A stretch of DNA of 42,110 nucleotides from Promethearchaeota archaeon (GTDB lineage Archaea > Asgardarchaeota > Hermodarchaeia > Hermodarchaeales > Hermodarchaeaceae): the NCBI GenBank assembly GCA_048939245.1, contig JBHLPR010000017.1, positions 1-42,110 on the forward strand, written 5' to 3'. Positions 38,587-42,110 of the stretch are shown in pieces. Under the pieces are notes generated by a model that did not search any database, had not been told where the DNA came from, and worked only from the letters and a program-made list of their open reading frames with translations. How positions within the stretch are numbered: position 1 is the stretch's first letter; each line of letters begins with the position of its first letter. A program made the position numbers and the translations under genes.

Positions 38587-38988
38587 ATGACAAAAACCAA
38601 AAAGAAAATTCGAGTATTGATCGCCAAACCTGGGCTGGACGGACATGACCGAGGGGCAAAAGTCGTGGCTCGTGCCTTGCGAGATGCCGGATTTGAAGTC
38701 ATTTACACAGGATTACGCCAGACGCCAGAACAAGTTGCGGAAACAGCACTACAAGAAGACGTGGATGTTGTTGGACTCAGCATTTTATCCGGAGCTCACA
38801 TGCGACTATTTCCCGAAATCATGAAATTGCTCAAGGACCGCGAAATGGATAAAGTATTGGTCATTGCTGGTGGTATAATTCCTGAAGACGATGTTGAACC
38901 TTTAAAGAAACTTGGTATAAAGGCGATTTTTGGTCCGGGAACCCCAACTGGAGAAATCATCGCGTTCATTCGCAAACATACAAAGTAA
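38587..38988 (+). CDS. Acyl-CoA mutase small (cobalamin-binding) subunit
   Basis: [10 protein letters not shown] (DxHxxG), [16 protein letters not shown]. Confidence 0.93.
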   Translation: MTKTKKKIRVLIAKPGLDGHDRGAKVVARALRDAGFEVIYTGLRQTPEQVAETALQEDVDVVGLSILSGAHMRLFPEIMKLLKDREMDKVLVIAGGIIPEDDVEPLKKLGIKAIFGPGTPTGEIIAFIRKHTK

Positions 38989-39005
38989 CCTACGGAGAGC
39001 ATGCT

Positions 39006-39971
39006 ATGGCTCCGGATACAACAGAACTGGTCAAACAGCTGCTGAAGGGTAATCGTCGTGCGGCAGCACGCCTCATGACTCTTGCTGAATCACTATCTCT
39101 AGAAGCCCATGGTGCCATTAAGCAACTATATCCACACACCGGAAAAGCCCACATAATTGGTGTAACAGGCCCACCAGGTTCAGGAAAGAGTACCCTTGTG
39201 GATAAACTCATTGAACAGTATCGAGCCCAAAAGCTCACCGTGGGTGTCGTTGCAGTTGACCCTAGCAGCCCATTTACTGGAGGAGCACTGCTGGGAGATC
39301 GAATTCGGATGAACCGATTCGCAAATGATCATGATGTCTTCATCCGAAGCATGGGATCCCGAGGTAGCCTTGGAGGAATAGCATGGGCCACCCACGATAT
39401 TGTCCATATACTCGATGCACTCGGCAAGGACATTATTTTAGTGGAAACAGTAGGTGCGGGTCAAGCTGAAGTCGACATTATACAAATAGCAGAAACAGTT
39501 GTCCTGCTCTCAATCCCCGGATTAGGAGATGACATACAAACCATCAAAGCAGGCATTATGGAAATTGGCGATATTTTCGTGGTTAATAAAGCAGATATTG
39601 ATGGCGCTGACCGCCGGTATGTCGAACTCCAAACAGCCCTCAATCTTGATCAGGCATCCGAAGGGTGGCAGCCTCCAATCCTGAAAGTTATTTCTACAAC
39701 AGGGGAAGGAGTCGAAGAGCTTGTGAAGGCAATTCGAGACCATCATGAATACCTTATGGAAAGCGGGCAAATCACTCAAAATCGAGAACGACGATGTTGT
39801 GCCCAACTCGAGACCATAGTAGAACATAGTTTCATTCGGAAGCTATTCACCAATCCGGAAGAGCAGGTGCTATTCCAAAAACTGGTCAAAGAAGTGAATG
39901 AGCGAAAAACCGACCCCTATACAGCCGCAGAAAGGTTGATTCTTCACTTGATCAAATCACCGGAAAAATAA
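39006..39971 (+). CDS. meaB: Mutase-associated GTPase chaperone MeaB/ArgK
   Basis: GPPGSGKST, AVDPSSPFTGGALLGDRIRM, ETVGAGQ, KAG, NKAD. Confidence 0.93.
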   Translation: MAPDTTELVKQLLKGNRRAAARLMTLAESLSLEAHGAIKQLYPHTGKAHIIGVTGPPGSGKSTLVDKLIEQYRAQKLTVGVVAVDPSSPFTGGALLGDRIRMNRFANDHDVFIRSMGSRGSLGGIAWATHDIVHILDALGKDIILVETVGAGQAEVDIIQIAETVVLLSIPGLGDDIQTIKAGIMEIGDIFVVNKADIDGADRRYVELQTALNLDQASEGWQPPILKVISTTGEGVEELVKAIRDHHEYLMESGQITQNRERRCCAQLETIVEHSFIRKLFTNPEEQVLFQKLVKEVNERKTDPYTAAERLILHLIKSPEK

Positions 39972-39982
39972 GAGACACAATT

Positions 39983-40870
39983 CTATCTTTTTCGGCCTCG
40001 GGTTGATTCTAGTGGTGTACCCAAGCCAATCGTAGGTTTTCCACCACGTATTTGGTAAGGAACCTTCAGATAGGTGGTAATTTCATCAGGAGCTGTTGTT
40101 TTTAAGATTTGAACGAATTTTGAAGGTTGTTTGAGACCCGGCACATCACCGTATCCCCATCTTAGAACCTGGTCCACCATGCGTTCACAAGCCGTGTGAA
40201 CCTCGGGGACTGTCCCTCGCCACCCCATGAAAAGTATTAGTGTATGCCCAAATTTTCGCATCATATTGATTAAGCGACGAAGATAATTAAGGGCAGGCGT
40301 GGGACCGACGCCATCGATGAAATCATCAACATATGCTAGCATCATTCGAATTGTACCCTTGCCATGAAGGGTGGAGGTGATGTTACTAATTGCCGCAGGT
40401 AGGCCATCAATTGATTGAATTTCATCGGGTTTACGGGGTGACACGAGTAGATTGGGATTCCCGCCCATCTTCTCGATACGATCCTGATAGGAGGTTTTAA
40501 TCAGTTCCCTTTCATGGTCGCCAAAGCCACGATAGGTGAACATATCCACCCAATGAAAGCGATTTATCTTGCTGGTTTCTAAAAAGACATTGAAGGCTTC
40601 GGGTTGTTTTCTTTCACACCACAGTGCAATTGCCACAGGATCAGCATAGGTTGTGACTAAGAGTAGTGTTTCGGAGTCTCGAACACCATTGGTTAACCAA
40701 TCGATGGTGAGACTCACAGGGTCACTAAAGGTCTGATTTTGGACATACATAATGGCCGAGGTGCCCGTCATAATGCCGAAGTATTGATCAAAACTTTTGT
40801 TCCCCGTGTATAAACGCTGACGAGTTTCAATGCCCTCTAAGAGAATACCAGAATCTGCTTTTTCGTTCAT
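39983..40870 (-). CDS. KaiC/RAD55-like RecA-fold protein with degenerate Walker motifs
   Basis: TGNKSFDQYFG start, LLVTT...P, VDMFT and ERMVDQVL...QILK follow the KaiC/RAD55 layout, but there is no GKT. Confidence 0.6.
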   Translation of the reverse strand: MNEKADSGILLEGIETRQRLYTGNKSFDQYFGIMTGTSAIMYVQNQTFSDPVSLTIDWLTNGVRDSETLLLVTTYADPVAIALWCERKQPEAFNVFLETSKINRFHWVDMFTYRGFGDHERELIKTSYQDRIEKMGGNPNLLVSPRKPDEIQSIDGLPAAISNITSTLHGKGTIRMMLAYVDDFIDGVGPTPALNYLRRLINMMRKFGHTLILFMGWRGTVPEVHTACERMVDQVLRWGYGDVPGLKQPSKFVQILKTTAPDEITTYLKVPYQIRGGKPTIGLGTPLESTRGRKR

Positions 40871-41063
40871 TGAAAATATGCTCCCAACGTTATTATACAG
40901 TATCTAGTAGGAGAAAACCATTTAATGAGTTTCCCTCCACTTTGGCGCCTAGTTTTTTTTATCGCGATTTCTGTAATTCTTGCAGAGAACACTTTTAAGC
41001 TGAGCAGTTTCGTGTTAGCGCCAGTCATGGCACCTGTCACCCTGAGTGCCGGGGGCAACCAAC

Positions 41064-41861
41064 ATGAAAATCATTGTTCCAATTAAACAGGTTCCCGAAA
41101 TCGCTGAGGTGAAAATCGACCCTGAGACGAAAACGTTGATTCGTGCAGGGGTTCCCTCGATTCTCAATCCTTTCGATGAATTCGCGGTTGAAGAAGCCGT
41201 TCGTATCAAAGAACAACTCGGTGAAGGTGAAGTGGTGATTATCACCATGGGTCCTCCCCAAGCTGAAGAAGCCCTGAAAAAATGCTTAGCCATGGGTGGG
41301 GACCGCGCCCTGCATCTCTCCGACCGGGCTTTTGCTGGAGCAGATACTTGGGCTACCGCTTATACCATTGCTCAGGCTATCAAAACAGAAGAACCCTACG
41401 ACCTCATTATTTGCGGAAAACAAGCCATCGATGGAGACACCGCCCAGGTTGGCCCAGAAATTGCTGAAGTACTAGGAATTCCGCAGATCACTTATGCCGT
41501 CGATGTAGAACTCGCTGAGAGCAAAAAACGCATCAAAGTGAAACGAGAAACTGATGAAGGCTTTGAAGTTATCGAGTGTCGATTACCAGCGCTGATAACA
41601 GCGACAAAGGGTCTCAACGAACCCCGGTTACCCAGCTTAATGGCAATTATGAAGGCAAGTAAGAAAGAAATCAAACTCGTCACCGCTGAAGCACTCGGCG
41701 GTAATTCCGACCAATATGGTCTTCCAGGGTCACCAACTCAAGTGATCGAAGTGTTTACACCAGAACAACGGACAGGGGGCATCAAAATCGATGGAACAGA
41801 GGACCCCGAAGGCGCAGCCAAAGAATTGGTGGAATGGCTGCTGAAAAAAGGAGTAATCTAG
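41064..41861 (+). CDS. etfB: Electron transfer flavoprotein beta subunit
   Basis: IKQVP, NPFD, MGP, DRAFAGADT, GKQAIDGDTAQVG, NEPR. Confidence 0.93.
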   Translation: MKIIVPIKQVPEIAEVKIDPETKTLIRAGVPSILNPFDEFAVEEAVRIKEQLGEGEVVIITMGPPQAEEALKKCLAMGGDRALHLSDRAFAGADTWATAYTIAQAIKTEEPYDLIICGKQAIDGDTAQVGPEIAEVLGIPQITYAVDVELAESKKRIKVKRETDEGFEVIECRLPALITATKGLNEPRLPSLMAIMKASKKEIKLVTAEALGGNSDQYGLPGSPTQVIEVFTPEQRTGGIKIDGTEDPEGAAKELVEWLLKKGVI

Positions 41862-41874
41862 CAGAAGGTGACGC

Positions 41875-42110
41875 ATGATGCTGAATATTGACAAAGAGAA
41901 ATGTACTGGCTGCGGGTTATGTGTGAAAGTCTGCCCCTTTGATGCCATGCACCTTGTGAACGAGAAAGCTGAAGCTGATGAGAAATGTACTCTTTGTGGG
42001 GCCTGTGTTAAGGTCTGTCCTGTTGATGCCCTTTCAATTGAGCGGAAACGCGTGGATCCTTCGAAGTTCGTTGATTACAAAGGCGTTTGGGTCTGGGCTG
42101 AACAAATCAA
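41875..42110 (+). CDS. etfA: Electron transfer flavoprotein alpha subunit with N-terminal 2x[4Fe-4S] ferredoxin (3'-truncated)
   Basis: Translated by hand: MMLNIDKEKCTGCGLCVKVCP...CTLCGACVKVCP...DYKGVWVWAEQ. Two CxxCxxCxxxCP motifs are followed by the typical EtfA start. Confidence 0.85.
   Translation, partial: MMLNIDKEKCTGCGLCVKVCPFDAMHLVNEKAEADEKCTLCGACVKVCPVDALSIERKRVDPSKFVDYKGVWVWAEQI

Noticed and set aside
41029-41050. GGCAC...GTGCC leader hairpin before etfB
   Set aside because: A 5-bp stem is compatible with chance.
1-42110. CRISPR arrays, IS elements, prophage, rRNA or tRNA
   Set aside because: No periodic repeats, transposase or integrase ORFs, or structural RNA patterns were seen; intergenic gaps are mostly short.

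Overview
Gene-dense window from an anaerobic archaeon. An Asgard lineage is plausible: archaeal TATA-like and GGTGA/GGAGG signals, a thiolase+DUF35 pair, split acyl-CoA mutases and a longin-like protein. The taxonomy is inferred, not tested. Left part: YyaL-like 3' end, SAM methyltransferase, a decayed DUF302 gene, and nikR divergent from a NikMNQO-type ECF transporter with two candidate NikR operators. Middle: 2-oxoacid:ferredoxin oxidoreductase, a beta-oxidation cluster (hbd-crt-thiolase-DUF35), a longin-like/TackOD1-like fusion, Fpg/Nei glycosylase, ahcY, a creatininase-family gene and an FtsX/LolD-type ABC system. Right part: a B12/biotin acyl-CoA region with CobO, two mutase large subunits of different predicted specificity (Tyr/Arg vs Phe/Gln), one B12-binding subunit, MeaB, epimerase and BirA. 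It also holds a carboxyltransferase + OadA/5S-like + biotin-carrier triad with no biotin carboxylase or Na+-pump subunit in the window (transcarboxylase-like). A rubrerythrin/rubredoxin/PC4/desulfoferrodoxin block interrupts this region, which ends with a degenerate KaiC/RAD55-like protein and EtfB plus ferredoxin-fused EtfA. I saw no rRNA, tRNA, CRISPR array or mobile element. All calls come from motif recognition by eye; no searches were run.
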